Positions 40,501-50,046 of a DNA stretch of 64,000 bases are shown here, in pieces. A program made the translations under genes and the position numbers. The notes below the pieces were generated by a model, which ran no database searches, was not told the origin of the DNA, and saw nothing but the letters and a program-made list of their open reading frames with translations. This stretch comes from Deltaproteobacteria bacterium. GTDB taxonomy: Bacteria > Desulfobacterota_D > UBA1144 > Nemesobacterales > CSP1-2. Every line of letters starts with the position of its first letter. The first letter of the stretch is position 1. Location of the stretch: NCBI GenBank assembly GCA_052390235.1, contig JBQTHB010000003.1, positions 224,001 to 288,000 of the forward strand, written 5' to 3'.

Positions 40501-41216
40501 GAAGCGCCTCCCGAAAACCTCTTTTTAAGAGCATCCGAAGTGGGCAGCGTGTCAAGCGGGCTGGACAGCGAACCCGCGCCATCTTCGGGAACTAGCGTCT
40601 CTATAACCCTCTCCCAAGTGGGCAAGCCCCTGCGCATTTTATAGCGGTAGAGGCGGTCGAAGGCGTCCCTTTGAACCGTAAGCCAAGCCGAGTTGGGATA
40701 GTAAATATCCATCATCTCCTTCCACACCCGAACCGGAAGCCGGAATTTCGCCTCTTTTGACCAAGAAATCTGAGCCACTTGAAGAGAGCCGTCCTCAGCC
40801 ATATAGAAAGCCGTGCCGCTGAAAAGAAAACACAGCGGGACTTCGCCGCCTTCGAGGGCGTAGAAATACTTCGCCGCCGCGACGTTAAAATCAAAAGTGC
40901 AGGGGACCGGCAGGTCAAGCTCGGCGCTCCCAGAAAACGGGGGAACTGTCGCTATGGCGTGAGTCCATAGCATTGAGCGAAGGGTGCGCGCCCACATATC
41001 GGAGGCGCCAAAAATATCTAGCAGGCGCGCCTGCTCCTCTGGGGCGTAGCGGCGCCGTGTCGCCTCGATTTGAATCTGACACCGCAGGACGACGGTGTGA
41101 ATCCGCTCATCCGGGGGAGAATTCACAGCTCTGAGCCGGAAGATAAGCGTCGGGGAGAGGGAAAACGGCTCGGCATGGGCATCCAGAACGCTGAAATCGA
41201 GGTCAGGCATTGGCAT
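40497..41216 (-). CDS. Conserved group 1h accessory protein (DUF6084-like)
   Basis: LRCQIQIE, PCTFDFNVAAAKYFYAL, FLFSGT. Confidence 0.78.
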   Translation of the reverse strand: MPMPDLDFSVLDAHAEPFSLSPTLIFRLRAVNSPPDERIHTVVLRCQIQIEATRRRYAPEEQARLLDIFGASDMWARTLRSMLWTHAIATVPPFSGSAELDLPVPCTFDFNVAAAKYFYALEGGEVPLCFLFSGTAFYMAEDGSLQVAQISWSKEAKFRLPVRVWKEMMDIYYPNSAWLTVQRDAFDRLYRYKMRRGLPTWERVIETLVPEDGAGSLSSPLDTLPTSDALKKRFSGGAS

Positions 41217-41853
41217 CTCCTTTGAGACCGGCGCGGGGAGTGGATTTATCTCTCAGCTCATCGAAAAACCGCTTTATCTCAGACCAGACCTCAGACCCGC
41301 CGGAAAGCCCTTTCCAGCGGGAGCGTATTATGCCGACGAGCTTGTAGCACTCGTCTATCGGGGCAATAAAGTAGTCCCTCGCGCTTCCGACGCGATTGAC
41401 AAGGAGGGCTTCAACATCTGCCTCCATTGCCTCGAGCGCGGGATTCGCGGCGACTATCTCCTCCCAAGACTCAAGAGTCAGAAGGGATTCCGTCGCTCCA
41501 GCGGGACTCGGGTACATGGCGTGAACCTTGCCCGTTTGAGAGTTATTAAAGAGAAACGCCATACTTATCGGAATTAAGAGGGTGTCCCAATCGGCATCGG
41601 ACATTTGGAAATCCGTGAGAATCAGGGGGAAGGCTGGCACTCGCTTAAATTTCACGTCTCCGCTATAGGAAAACAGCAGAGCGCAGGCGTCGCAGGCGCA
41701 CACAATCCTCCTGTTGGACAGGTCAATCAGATGCGGGTGCTGCGGGCGAATCCCCAAGCCGCACATATCGCAACGCTCCTCAGGGGACTTCTCGCGTATA
41801 AATCTCTTGAGAGTCGAAAATGGGTTTCCCTCGGATGAGCGCTTTAGAGTCAT
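41203..41853 (-). CDS. Conserved group 1h accessory protein (DUF5947-like)
   Basis: ERCDMC...HPH...CACDAC, YPSPAGATES, PIDECYKLVG, WKGLSGG. Confidence 0.78.
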   Translation of the reverse strand: MTLKRSSEGNPFSTLKRFIREKSPEERCDMCGLGIRPQHPHLIDLSNRRIVCACDACALLFSYSGDVKFKRVPAFPLILTDFQMSDADWDTLLIPISMAFLFNNSQTGKVHAMYPSPAGATESLLTLESWEEIVAANPALEAMEADVEALLVNRVGSARDYFIAPIDECYKLVGIIRSRWKGLSGGSEVWSEIKRFFDELRDKSTPRAGLKGDANA

Positions 41854-41878
41854 TTGCGGATATTCCCCCTTGGAAGAT

Positions 41879-42781
41879 TCACATTGCGGGCAACGCGATT
41901 TTCGCCTGATTTCCCTCTACTAATAGGGGAAACGGCTCGAGATGAATACCGGGCTGATCCAATCCCCGTCCGGCGCGTATAATATCAAATTGCGTGGAGC
42001 AAGCCTTACAGGTAAGCGAAGTCGTATCGAGTCTGCCCCCGGCAAGAGCCTCGCCGCATCCGGGACAGCGGCTCTCATAGGCGTAATAGGTCTCTCCCAA
42101 ACGGCAGAAAAGCACCAATCTTCCGGCGACTTCAATCACCTTGGCAGACCCGTGAGCTAGAGAATCAATCCCTCTAACCTCTTCCCACTCGCCTAACTCC
42201 TTACCCTTTGGCGCGCTCTGCTCGGACACCCGATTATTACTAATCTTCCCTTTAAATGACACGACGCCGGACGGAGACGGTCGTTCCACCACTCCTTCGG
42301 CTTCTATCGCCGTAACGTCGGGACAGTAGCCGTATATAGCTTCTTCTATTGCGAGTTTCAGCGTCATCGCCGACGACGGACAGCTCTTGCAACTCCCCTG
42401 AAGCCGAAGCCTCACCGCTCCCCTGCCCTCGTCAACGGATATGATTTCGACATTCCCGCCGTGGGATTTTAAATACGGGCGGACCTTATCGAGCGACTTC
42501 AGTACCCTCTCCTCGAGGCTCAGCGGATGAAGCCCGTAGAGGAGCAGCAAATTGTTGACTAAATCGTCCCCAGCCATGGCGTCGGCAATCCCATCGCCCC
42601 CGCCGTCCATTATAATTTCCATCATCCGCCCTATTCCCGCCCCGTGCAGATCCATTACCGACTGCACAAGCTCCTTTGCTTTCGCCCTGACGTTGGGGTC
42701 GGGAAACCGCTCGATTTCCTCCACTAAGTTCTCGATTTTTTGGATACCGCTTTGAAACCCGCTCTCGGCTGAAATCGGCAT
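41879..42781 (-). CDS. NifU-like plus Rieske-like Fe-S protein (HhyE-like)
   Basis: VRPYLKSHGGNVE...GSCKSCPSS NifU domain; C-terminal CPGC...CKAC Rieske-like fold; directly follows the large subunit. Confidence 0.85.
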   Translation of the reverse strand: MPISAESGFQSGIQKIENLVEEIERFPDPNVRAKAKELVQSVMDLHGAGIGRMMEIIMDGGGDGIADAMAGDDLVNNLLLLYGLHPLSLEERVLKSLDKVRPYLKSHGGNVEIISVDEGRGAVRLRLQGSCKSCPSSAMTLKLAIEEAIYGYCPDVTAIEAEGVVERPSPSGVVSFKGKISNNRVSEQSAPKGKELGEWEEVRGIDSLAHGSAKVIEVAGRLVLFCRLGETYYAYESRCPGCGEALAGGRLDTTSLTCKACSTQFDIIRAGRGLDQPGIHLEPFPLLVEGNQAKIALPAM

Positions 42782-42880
42782 GGGGGCTACCTCTCTTAAT
42801 TTATCGGGACAATGGGGTAAAGCTACATCGGGGAGAGGCGTAGAGATGAGTCCGCGCCCCTCTGCCCGACATAATGAGAC

Positions 42881-44635
42881 CTATTTTATATTGCCAAACG
42901 TCGGCGAATGGCGAACCTGGAGGGTTTTACCGTTGCCGAGGTACATATGGACTCCGCACGGGAGGCAGGGGTCGAAACTGCGAACCGCGCGCATGATGTC
43001 TATGCCCTTGAACTTATCGGGACCGTTTTCTTCAAATATCGGGGTGTTTTGAACCGCGTCCTCGTAAGGGCCGGGCGTGCCGTAAATGTCGCGGATGCTC
43101 CCGTTCCAAGGCGTAGGCGGATACGGATGATAATTGGCGATTTTGCCGTTTCTGATAACGACGTGATGAGAAAGCACGCCGCGGACGGCTTCGTGGAAAC
43201 CGCATCCGATGGCCTCTTCGGGAACTTTAAACTCGTTCCAAGTCTTGGTTCTTCCGGCGTGGAGTTCCTTAAAGGCTTGCTCCATAAAGTAGTAGGCGCA
43301 GGAGCAGGCATACACCTGGAAATACGTCCTTGCCCTGTCGCGCTCGATGGCGTTGCTCCATTTCGGTATATGCCATTCAAACTCGGTCTCGCCCATTGTC
43401 GCGGTTTTCGGGAGGTACATCTTCACGCTGTGTCCCGTGGCTTTTACGTAGCCGATGTCAACAAGCCCGGCAAGAGCCGTAGCCCAGAACCTGGCAATAG
43501 GGCCTCCGCCAGTGTCGAGAGCTAGGTAGTCTTTGCCGTCGAACCAGCGCGGCGACATGGTCCAGCTGTATTTATCTTTGAAATCCCTCTTCTGCGGCTT
43601 AGGAAGCGTGGTTTGATTCCACGGATGGCGTTTGTCAACGGGATTTCCAAGCGGGTCGTGCGTTACGAATGTCTCGGAGTTCTGCCAATCGTCGTAGAAT
43701 GAATGACCGAGCAGAATGCGGATACCGAGGTTAATGTCAACTAAGTTGTGCGTTACGAGCTTGCCGTCAACTACGACGCCGGGGGTAACGTACATCGCGT
43801 CTCCCCACTTAGCCATGTTTTTATAGTTGTAGTCGCAGACCTCAGGGTCTTGGAACGAACCCCAGCACCCAAGGAGCGTACGGCGGTAGCCCACTTTCTC
43901 GTAGCCCGGAAGAGCCTCATAGAAGAAATTAAACAGGTCGTCGTGGAGTGGCACGCATTTTTTCATAAATTCGGCGTATCTAGCCAAGCGCACCATATAG
44001 TCCGTAAACAGTTGCACCGTGGGTACTGTTCCCACCCCGCCCGGGTAGAGCGTCGAGGGATGAACGTGGCGTCCTTCCATCAGACAGAACATCTCGCGCG
44101 TGTAGCGGCTCACCATAAGCGTCTCGCGGTAGAAAGCGCCACTGAACGGATTGAGCGCGGTCATAATATCGCTTATTTTGCGGTAGCCGTGAATTGCGGC
44201 GTGGGGGGCATCGGTTCTCGTAGCCTTCTCCCACACGCTCGGATTGGTTTCCTTGACCATCTGCTCGCAGAAATCCACCCCCACGAGGTTGTCCTGGAAA
44301 ATGTTGTGGTCAAACATATATTCTGCCGCCTCGCCGAGGTTCACTATGCACTCAGCTATTGCGGGCGGTCTCACGCCGAACGCCATATTCTGGGCGTATG
44401 TGGCGCAAGTGGCGTGGTTATCCCCGCAGATTCCGCATATACGGCTCGTGATGAAGTGCGAGTCGCGAGGGTCTTTGCCTTTCATAAAGATGCTGTAGCC
44501 CCGGAAGATTGACGATGTGCTGTGGCACTCGGTAACCTGCCGGTTGGCAAAATCAATTTTCGTGTAAATCCCGAGACTCCCGACGATTCTAGTTATCGGG
44601 TCCCAGTTCATTTCAACAATATTGGGTGTAGCCAT
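42881..44635 (-). CDS. hhyL: Group 1h [NiFe]-hydrogenase large subunit
   Basis: L1 TSRICGICGDNH and L2 SFDPCLPCGVH match group 1h signatures; ATG 44635 has a GGAGG RBS (alternative in-frame ATG at 44689). Confidence 0.95.
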   Translation of the reverse strand: MATPNIVEMNWDPITRIVGSLGIYTKIDFANRQVTECHSTSSIFRGYSIFMKGKDPRDSHFITSRICGICGDNHATCATYAQNMAFGVRPPAIAECIVNLGEAAEYMFDHNIFQDNLVGVDFCEQMVKETNPSVWEKATRTDAPHAAIHGYRKISDIMTALNPFSGAFYRETLMVSRYTREMFCLMEGRHVHPSTLYPGGVGTVPTVQLFTDYMVRLARYAEFMKKCVPLHDDLFNFFYEALPGYEKVGYRRTLLGCWGSFQDPEVCDYNYKNMAKWGDAMYVTPGVVVDGKLVTHNLVDINLGIRILLGHSFYDDWQNSETFVTHDPLGNPVDKRHPWNQTTLPKPQKRDFKDKYSWTMSPRWFDGKDYLALDTGGGPIARFWATALAGLVDIGYVKATGHSVKMYLPKTATMGETEFEWHIPKWSNAIERDRARTYFQVYACSCAYYFMEQAFKELHAGRTKTWNEFKVPEEAIGCGFHEAVRGVLSHHVVIRNGKIANYHPYPPTPWNGSIRDIYGTPGPYEDAVQNTPIFEENGPDKFKGIDIMRAVRSFDPCLPCGVHMYLGNGKTLQVRHSPTFGNIK

Positions 44636-44730
44636 TTTCGTTTCACCTCCGAAAAATTTTACTACTTTGTCGAACATATCCGCCGCCATAGTTCCCTCCC
44701 CGCCGCAAAGTAATTTTCATAACCCCTCCG

Positions 44731-45786
44731 TTACTTGAACGTCGGACGATAGCCCGTCGTAATCTCAGGGCGCGGATGCCTCCATTTAGGTTCTTTGTTC
44801 AGGGTGTCATTGGTGAATTTGCGCAGCGCCCTCATCGCTCCGCCGTAGATTCCGCTCACGGAGGTGGACATCTTGCTTCCCGGAGGAGCGTCCATAAACG
44901 GCATGAATTTGTCGGGGAATCCGGGCATCGTGCATCCAATGCAGATTCCGCCCACGTTCGGACAGCCGCCTATGCCAGCCATCCATCCCCTCTTCGGGAC
45001 GTTGCAGTTGACCACGGGCCCCCAGCATCCGAGCTTCACTATGCACTTGGGCGAGCCATATTCCGTGGCAAAATCCCCTTCTTCGTAGTAACCGGCTCTA
45101 TCGCACCCGTCGTGAACGGTTTTGCCAAATAGCCACTCCGGCCTAAGAGCCTCGTCAAGTGGAATCATCGGAGCAAGCCCCGCCACCATGTAGAGCAGAT
45201 ACAGCACGGTTTCCATAAAATTATCGGGCTGCACCGGGCATCCGGGGACATTTACTATCGGGACTCCAGCTTTCGATTTCCAGTCCCACCCCAAGTAGTC
45301 GGCAACGCCCATCGCTCCCGTTGGGTTTCCCGCCATTGCGTGGATGCCGCCGTAAGTGGCGCATGTGCCGCAGCAGACCACGGCTAGAGCCTTCGGGGCA
45401 AGCCGGTCTATCCACTCATTCGTGGTTATGGGCTGTCCGGTTTCTTTATTCGTTCCCATAGCCGCCCAATAACCCTCGCTTTTTATCTTCTCGTTGGGTA
45501 TTGAGCCTTCCAAGACCAATACGAAGGGGTCAAGCTCCCCGCGTTCAGCCATATACCAATATTTCATAAAATCGTCCCCGACCTCGTACGCGAGAACCGG
45601 ATTATGTATATGCACCCTCGGAAGCCCCGGAATAGCCCCCAAGACAATGTCCTCGAGGCTGGGCTGAGTGGCGGCGGTTATCGAAACCGAATCGCCGTCG
45701 CATCCGAGACCGGTCGTCATCCAAACTATGTGAATATCCGGTACCGGGGACGGTCTCTGCGTTTTCTGTCCATAGTACTCTGCCAT
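44731..45786 (-). CDS. hhyS: Group 1h [NiFe]-hydrogenase small subunit
   Basis: GLGCDGDSV (Asp in place of a proximal-cluster Cys), GTCATYGGIHAM, PGCP, HDGCDR, GGCPNVGGICIGC; no Tat leader. Confidence 0.95.
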   Translation of the reverse strand: MAEYYGQKTQRPSPVPDIHIVWMTTGLGCDGDSVSITAATQPSLEDIVLGAIPGLPRVHIHNPVLAYEVGDDFMKYWYMAERGELDPFVLVLEGSIPNEKIKSEGYWAAMGTNKETGQPITTNEWIDRLAPKALAVVCCGTCATYGGIHAMAGNPTGAMGVADYLGWDWKSKAGVPIVNVPGCPVQPDNFMETVLYLLYMVAGLAPMIPLDEALRPEWLFGKTVHDGCDRAGYYEEGDFATEYGSPKCIVKLGCWGPVVNCNVPKRGWMAGIGGCPNVGGICIGCTMPGFPDKFMPFMDAPPGSKMSTSVSGIYGGAMRALRKFTNDTLNKEPKWRHPRPEITTGYRPTFK

Positions 45787-46097
45787 TGTAGTTCCCTCCC
45801 TTCAAAATAGATTTAAGAAACGGTTGCCTGAGCTTTAGGGGAATGAACTGCGCGTAGGAGGCGGCAGCGAAGAGAAACCTATGGCGGATTAGCCTGGCTA
45901 CGAAAAAACGGGCGGCGCGGCGTGTGAGTATGAGATTAAGAACACAATTCCAAGGCGTGAATAGCGTCGGACGCGATACAACCCGCCCACTTCACTCTCA
46001 CCTAATTTACTGCTTTCCTTCCCCGATTTTTCCTTTTTCTCTCATTTGGCTTAAGTCGAATATTTTGTAGAGATAATACCAACTGAAAGTTATTACC

Positions 46098-46127
46098 ATC
46101 TTATCAAAAACGATAATTATTTGTCAA
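46098..46127 (-). promoter_or_regulatory. Putative sigma-70 promoter of the hhy operon
   Basis: Minus strand TTGACA-N18-TAAGAT with extended -10 TG, in an AT-rich intergenic region. Confidence 0.5.
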
Positions 46128-46306
46128 GGGGTTTTTTAAAGTTAATACGAAATATCATACCAATGGAGTTCTCACCAATAATTAAAAATGATTTCAGCGC
46201 CGTGCCCGCACTGCAGTTCATCCCAAAGAGGGTCTGTCATGCTGAGGACATTCACTAGGTTTGTGCTAGAGAAGAAAATTTATTAAGGGGGGGGAAATCA
46301 GCGCTT

Positions 46307-47308
46307 TCAGTCAAGCGGCGTTGAGAGCTTTTTAAAAAATCGGAGTGTCTTAAGTAGCCTCATGCCTACTAGAGTGGGAGAGTATTCGACTCTAGGGGGA
46401 ATCTCGGCGTACATTTGCCGCTCTATCAGACCCCCCTCTTCGAGTTCGTCGAGCCGCTGGGACAGAGTAGAAGGGCTTATTTTAGGGAATTTATCTCTGA
46501 TTTCGCCGAATCTGAGGGTTTTATTGCTCTCAAGGAGGTTCAGTATGAATACGGCGTGTTTTTTCCCTATGATGTGGACTATGTCCCCGTTTGGGGAATC
46601 CCCGTCTTGCTCCATGTAGGGGAATTCCACCGAGGCGTGAGGGAGTTCGTAGTCGTCGAGGCGAAATTCCTTGAGACGGGCGAGCCGCCATTCAATTTCC
46701 GAGACATCGTCGGTAACGGAGGGGTGTATATAATAGGGATTCCCGCAAAAGCAGTCCCCGACTACGGCAAGGGGGTGAGTCCTAAACGCCTGATTGACAA
46801 AGGACGAGGGGAGCTTGCGGCGGTTGTACTGGCATACGATTTTCGCTGGCACGTCGGGGGTGAAAATAGAATTTATCTCGGCTTCCCAGCGCTCCAATTT
46901 TTCCGCGTCAATATCGTCTGAGCCTAGAGTCCAGGTCATCTCAACGGCGAATCGGACACCGCTAAAACCGGCGGCGAGAGAGTCATCTATGAGCCGCTTA
47001 AGCCGCGCCGCCCTTTGCGCATCCCCTACAGCGCCAAGGGCAATCCACTCGTGCTTTGTCCAAATCTCCAGCGCGCCGCGCCGGGTTTCAGCATCGGGGT
47101 CTATGCCATTCATCTTGAGAACTAAGTGAAGCTGGGCGGGAGACAGGTCGTCGGCTATATAGAAAAATCGCTCGCCTTGCTTAAGCCCCTGCTTAATAAA
47201 CGGGATGAGAGCCGGCATCTGCTCAAGCGGGTCTCTGTCGTAAATTAGACAGATATGGTCGCCCTTAGGCTCGGACATTCGATTCTCAAGCGAAGTATGG
47301 ATTTTCAT
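46307..47308 (-). CDS. MEDS sensory domain plus HxlR-type winged-helix regulator
   Basis: GDHICLIY...FIKQGL...RFAVEMTW...CQYNR...THP (MEDS); RFGEI...LSQRLDELEEGGLIER...PPRVEYS (HxlR). Confidence 0.85.
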   Translation of the reverse strand: MKIHTSLENRMSEPKGDHICLIYDRDPLEQMPALIPFIKQGLKQGERFFYIADDLSPAQLHLVLKMNGIDPDAETRRGALEIWTKHEWIALGAVGDAQRAARLKRLIDDSLAAGFSGVRFAVEMTWTLGSDDIDAEKLERWEAEINSIFTPDVPAKIVCQYNRRKLPSSFVNQAFRTHPLAVVGDCFCGNPYYIHPSVTDDVSEIEWRLARLKEFRLDDYELPHASVEFPYMEQDGDSPNGDIVHIIGKKHAVFILNLLESNKTLRFGEIRDKFPKISPSTLSQRLDELEEGGLIERQMYAEIPPRVEYSPTLVGMRLLKTLRFFKKLSTPLD

Positions 47309-47582
47309 CGCTCATCGCTCTTAGAACTATTATTTAATTCGGGGAAAGTATAATACAAAAAATGAAAATGGGAAGGGCAAGCGCAAAGAATGAAACGGGC
47401 AATAGAAAACCGCAGGGATAAAAACCACTCAGGGCATCATCCCAAAATTACCTCCAGCCATCTCTAAAGGCTATGAGACATCTCATAATGTCATTGGGAG
47501 AGGAGGAACAGAGGGAATCTCAGTAAATATTTCTCTGTGGAGTTTCCACGATACCTCAACATAAACCCTCCTTTGAGATGGC

Positions 47583-49589
47583 TCACAGTTGCAGTCTAAG
47601 AATGCGTTTTATCTCATTTGCAATCCCTCCCGCCGAGATGCCGTAGAGGTTCAGCAGTTCTTCGGGCTTTCCCGACCTCGGCATCCCGCGCACGGCGAGC
47701 TTGAAAACCCGCACACCCTCCGCCCCAACCGCATCCAGCACGGCATCGCCCACGCCTCCCTCGGCGTAGTGGTCCTCAACTGTGAGAATCAAATTATCAG
47801 TCTCCGAAGCCGCCTTGAGGAGCGTATCGCGGTCAACGGGCTTGACCGAGTAGAGGTCTATTACGCGAACCGAGATGTTTTCTCTGCGTAGCTCCTCGTG
47901 AGCCCCAAGCGCTTCGTGAACGGTTACGCCGGCGGCGACGACGGTCAATTTGTCATAATCTCCCGCCCGTAGCGTCTTACACCCGCCTATGGCAAACACC
48001 TCGTCTGCGGGATAAATTACGGGGGTTTTCGGTCTGCTCGCGCGTATATAGACAATTCCCTTATGTGCCGCCGCAAGAGCGGTAACGCGCTCGGCTGACA
48101 CGGCGTCCGATGGATACAGCACAACCGACCCGGCTACGGCGCGCATCATCGCAATATCCTCAAGCCCCATTTGAGATGGGCCATCCTCGCCAATGGAAAC
48201 CCCGACGTGCGAGCCGCAGAGTTTTATATTTGCCCGCGACACCCCAGCCATTCGGATCTGGTCAAAGGCGCGCGTGAGGAAACAGGCAAAGCTCGAGGCA
48301 AAGGGAATTTTCCCGCGCGTCTGAAGCCCCACGGCGACTCCTATCATGTTCTGCTCGGCGATATAGCACTCGATGAAGCGCTCGGGGAACTCAAAGAGGA
48401 ATTTCTCGGAAAAAGTCGAATTCTTAACGTCGGCGTCCAGCGCAACCACGTTTTCGTTAGCGCGCCCTAATTTCGCCAAAGCGACTCCGTAAGCCTCGCG
48501 CGTTGCCGCCATGAACCCCATTTCGTAATCCGGCGGCTCTACAGATACTATTGGCGGCGGATTCGGAGTGAATGAGCGCGGCGCCCTGCCAGATGCTTCG
48601 TGCCAATAGTCCATGAGCCTGTCGTCTATGTCGCCCGCGCCGGGGATTTGCTCAAATTCTCCCTCCGAGGGCGGCGCGATTCGCAGAGTCGGCTCTTCGC
48701 CCTCAATCGCCAGTTCTCCCATCGCCTGCTCCAGCATACTCCCCTTGGGAACGGCTTTTCCGTGCCAGCCGTCCTTATCCTCGAGAAACGACACCCCTCT
48801 GCCCTTAAACGTTTTAGCGAGTATCACCGAGGGACGAGCGGGGCTGTGCTTTGCCCATTCAAAAGCCGAGACAACCTGCTCCATATCGTGTCCGTCAATT
48901 ACGGCGGCGCGCCAGCCGAACGCCTCAAATCGCCTTTTATACGATTCCACATCATGCCCGCAGGCGGTGCGCCCGCTCTGTCCGAGACCGTTTATATCCA
49001 CGAGAGCGGTCAAATTATGTAGCCTATGGTGCGAGGCGAGCGCCGCCGCTTCCCACACGCTCCCCTCCGCCGTCTCGCCGTCGCCCATAAGCACATATAC
49101 GTTATAACCCAGCGCGTCGAGCCTGCCGGCAAGCGCCATGCCGACCCCTATGGAAAGTCCCTGCCCAAGAGAGCCTGTAGCGACTTCCGACCAAGCAAGG
49201 CGTGGCGTGGGGTGTCCCTCCAGTTCGCTGTCAATTCGCCTCAGCGTCATGAGGCGTTCAAAGGGAAACGCCCCCGCCTCAGCCCACGCGGCGTAGAGTA
49301 TCGGGGCGGCGTGTCCCTTTGATAACACCACGCGGTCGTTTCGAGGGTTTAAGGGATTCGCAGTTTCATAGCGCAGGGCGTAGAAAAAGAGCGCCGCAAT
49401 TAAATCGGCAGAGGACATACAAGTTGTGGGATGCCCTGAGCCGGCTTCGCTCGTCATCCTGAGCGAATGTTGCCGCAGCCTTGCCGCCACGCCCTTGAGA
49501 CGCAGGATGAGACCCTGACGGTCGCCCCCATCGAGAGTCGCCGCCGGTTCTCCACCCCCGCCGGATTCGATTAGTATAGGCTGTCTCAT
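47583..49589 (-). CDS. tkt: Transketolase
   Basis: SGHP, LSKGHAAP, EGHP, TGSLGQG, GDGETAEG, IAEQNM, GEDGPSQ; start moved to ATG 49589. Confidence 0.92.
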   Translation of the reverse strand: MRQPILIESGGGGEPAATLDGGDRQGLILRLKGVAARLRQHSLRMTSEAGSGHPTTCMSSADLIAALFFYALRYETANPLNPRNDRVVLSKGHAAPILYAAWAEAGAFPFERLMTLRRIDSELEGHPTPRLAWSEVATGSLGQGLSIGVGMALAGRLDALGYNVYVLMGDGETAEGSVWEAAALASHHRLHNLTALVDINGLGQSGRTACGHDVESYKRRFEAFGWRAAVIDGHDMEQVVSAFEWAKHSPARPSVILAKTFKGRGVSFLEDKDGWHGKAVPKGSMLEQAMGELAIEGEEPTLRIAPPSEGEFEQIPGAGDIDDRLMDYWHEASGRAPRSFTPNPPPIVSVEPPDYEMGFMAATREAYGVALAKLGRANENVVALDADVKNSTFSEKFLFEFPERFIECYIAEQNMIGVAVGLQTRGKIPFASSFACFLTRAFDQIRMAGVSRANIKLCGSHVGVSIGEDGPSQMGLEDIAMMRAVAGSVVLYPSDAVSAERVTALAAAHKGIVYIRASRPKTPVIYPADEVFAIGGCKTLRAGDYDKLTVVAAGVTVHEALGAHEELRRENISVRVIDLYSVKPVDRDTLLKAASETDNLILTVEDHYAEGGVGDAVLDAVGAEGVRVFKLAVRGMPRSGKPEELLNLYGISAGGIANEIKRILRLQL

Positions 49590-49648
49590 CGCTACTCCCT
49601 CCCTGAATTTTGTATTTTCTGAGCTAGACTCATTCCCGAATCGCGCAT

Positions 49649-49957
49649 TCAGCGCCGGCGCTGTCGGTGTGCGTCGCGCGGGCTGTCTATAGCAAGGGGA
49701 TACCTCTGCGCGCCGAAGCCCTTCTCGACCAGCTCGCATAGCTCTTTCATCCCCCCCGCGGACTCGTCGCCGTGTTTGGCGGAGCGCTCAGCCCCAGTCC
49801 ACAAACCGCAGGTATCTGAGCCGCAGGTTGCGCACGTCCAGACGCCGTAGAGTATCTTATAGCCGTTCTTACTCGTATTTGAGTCCAGCACTTCAAATGC
49901 GAGAAAGTCTCCGCATTCTTCACACCTGTCGTTCGTGCGTATTATCCTCTCGTTCAT
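49649..49957 (-). CDS. Small Cys-rich hypothetical protein (possible zinc ribbon)
   Basis: CEEC and CATC pairs; fills the prk-tkt gap on the operon strand. Confidence 0.45.
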   Translation of the reverse strand: MNERIIRTNDRCEECGDFLAFEVLDSNTSKNGYKILYGVWTCATCGSDTCGLWTGAERSAKHGDESAGGMKELCELVEKGFGAQRYPLAIDSPRDAHRQRRR

Positions 49958-50046
49958 TTCTGCGCCTCGTTGCAACGCGGTTTTTCGAGCGCGTATATAT
50001 AATAAAACTCCCCGCCCCAGAATTAGCCCAGCGCGCACCCGCCAAG

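Noticed and set aside
42908..44512. Long antisense ORFs opposite hhyL and other genes
   Set aside because: Shadow frames of GC-rich coding sequence with no recognisable motifs.
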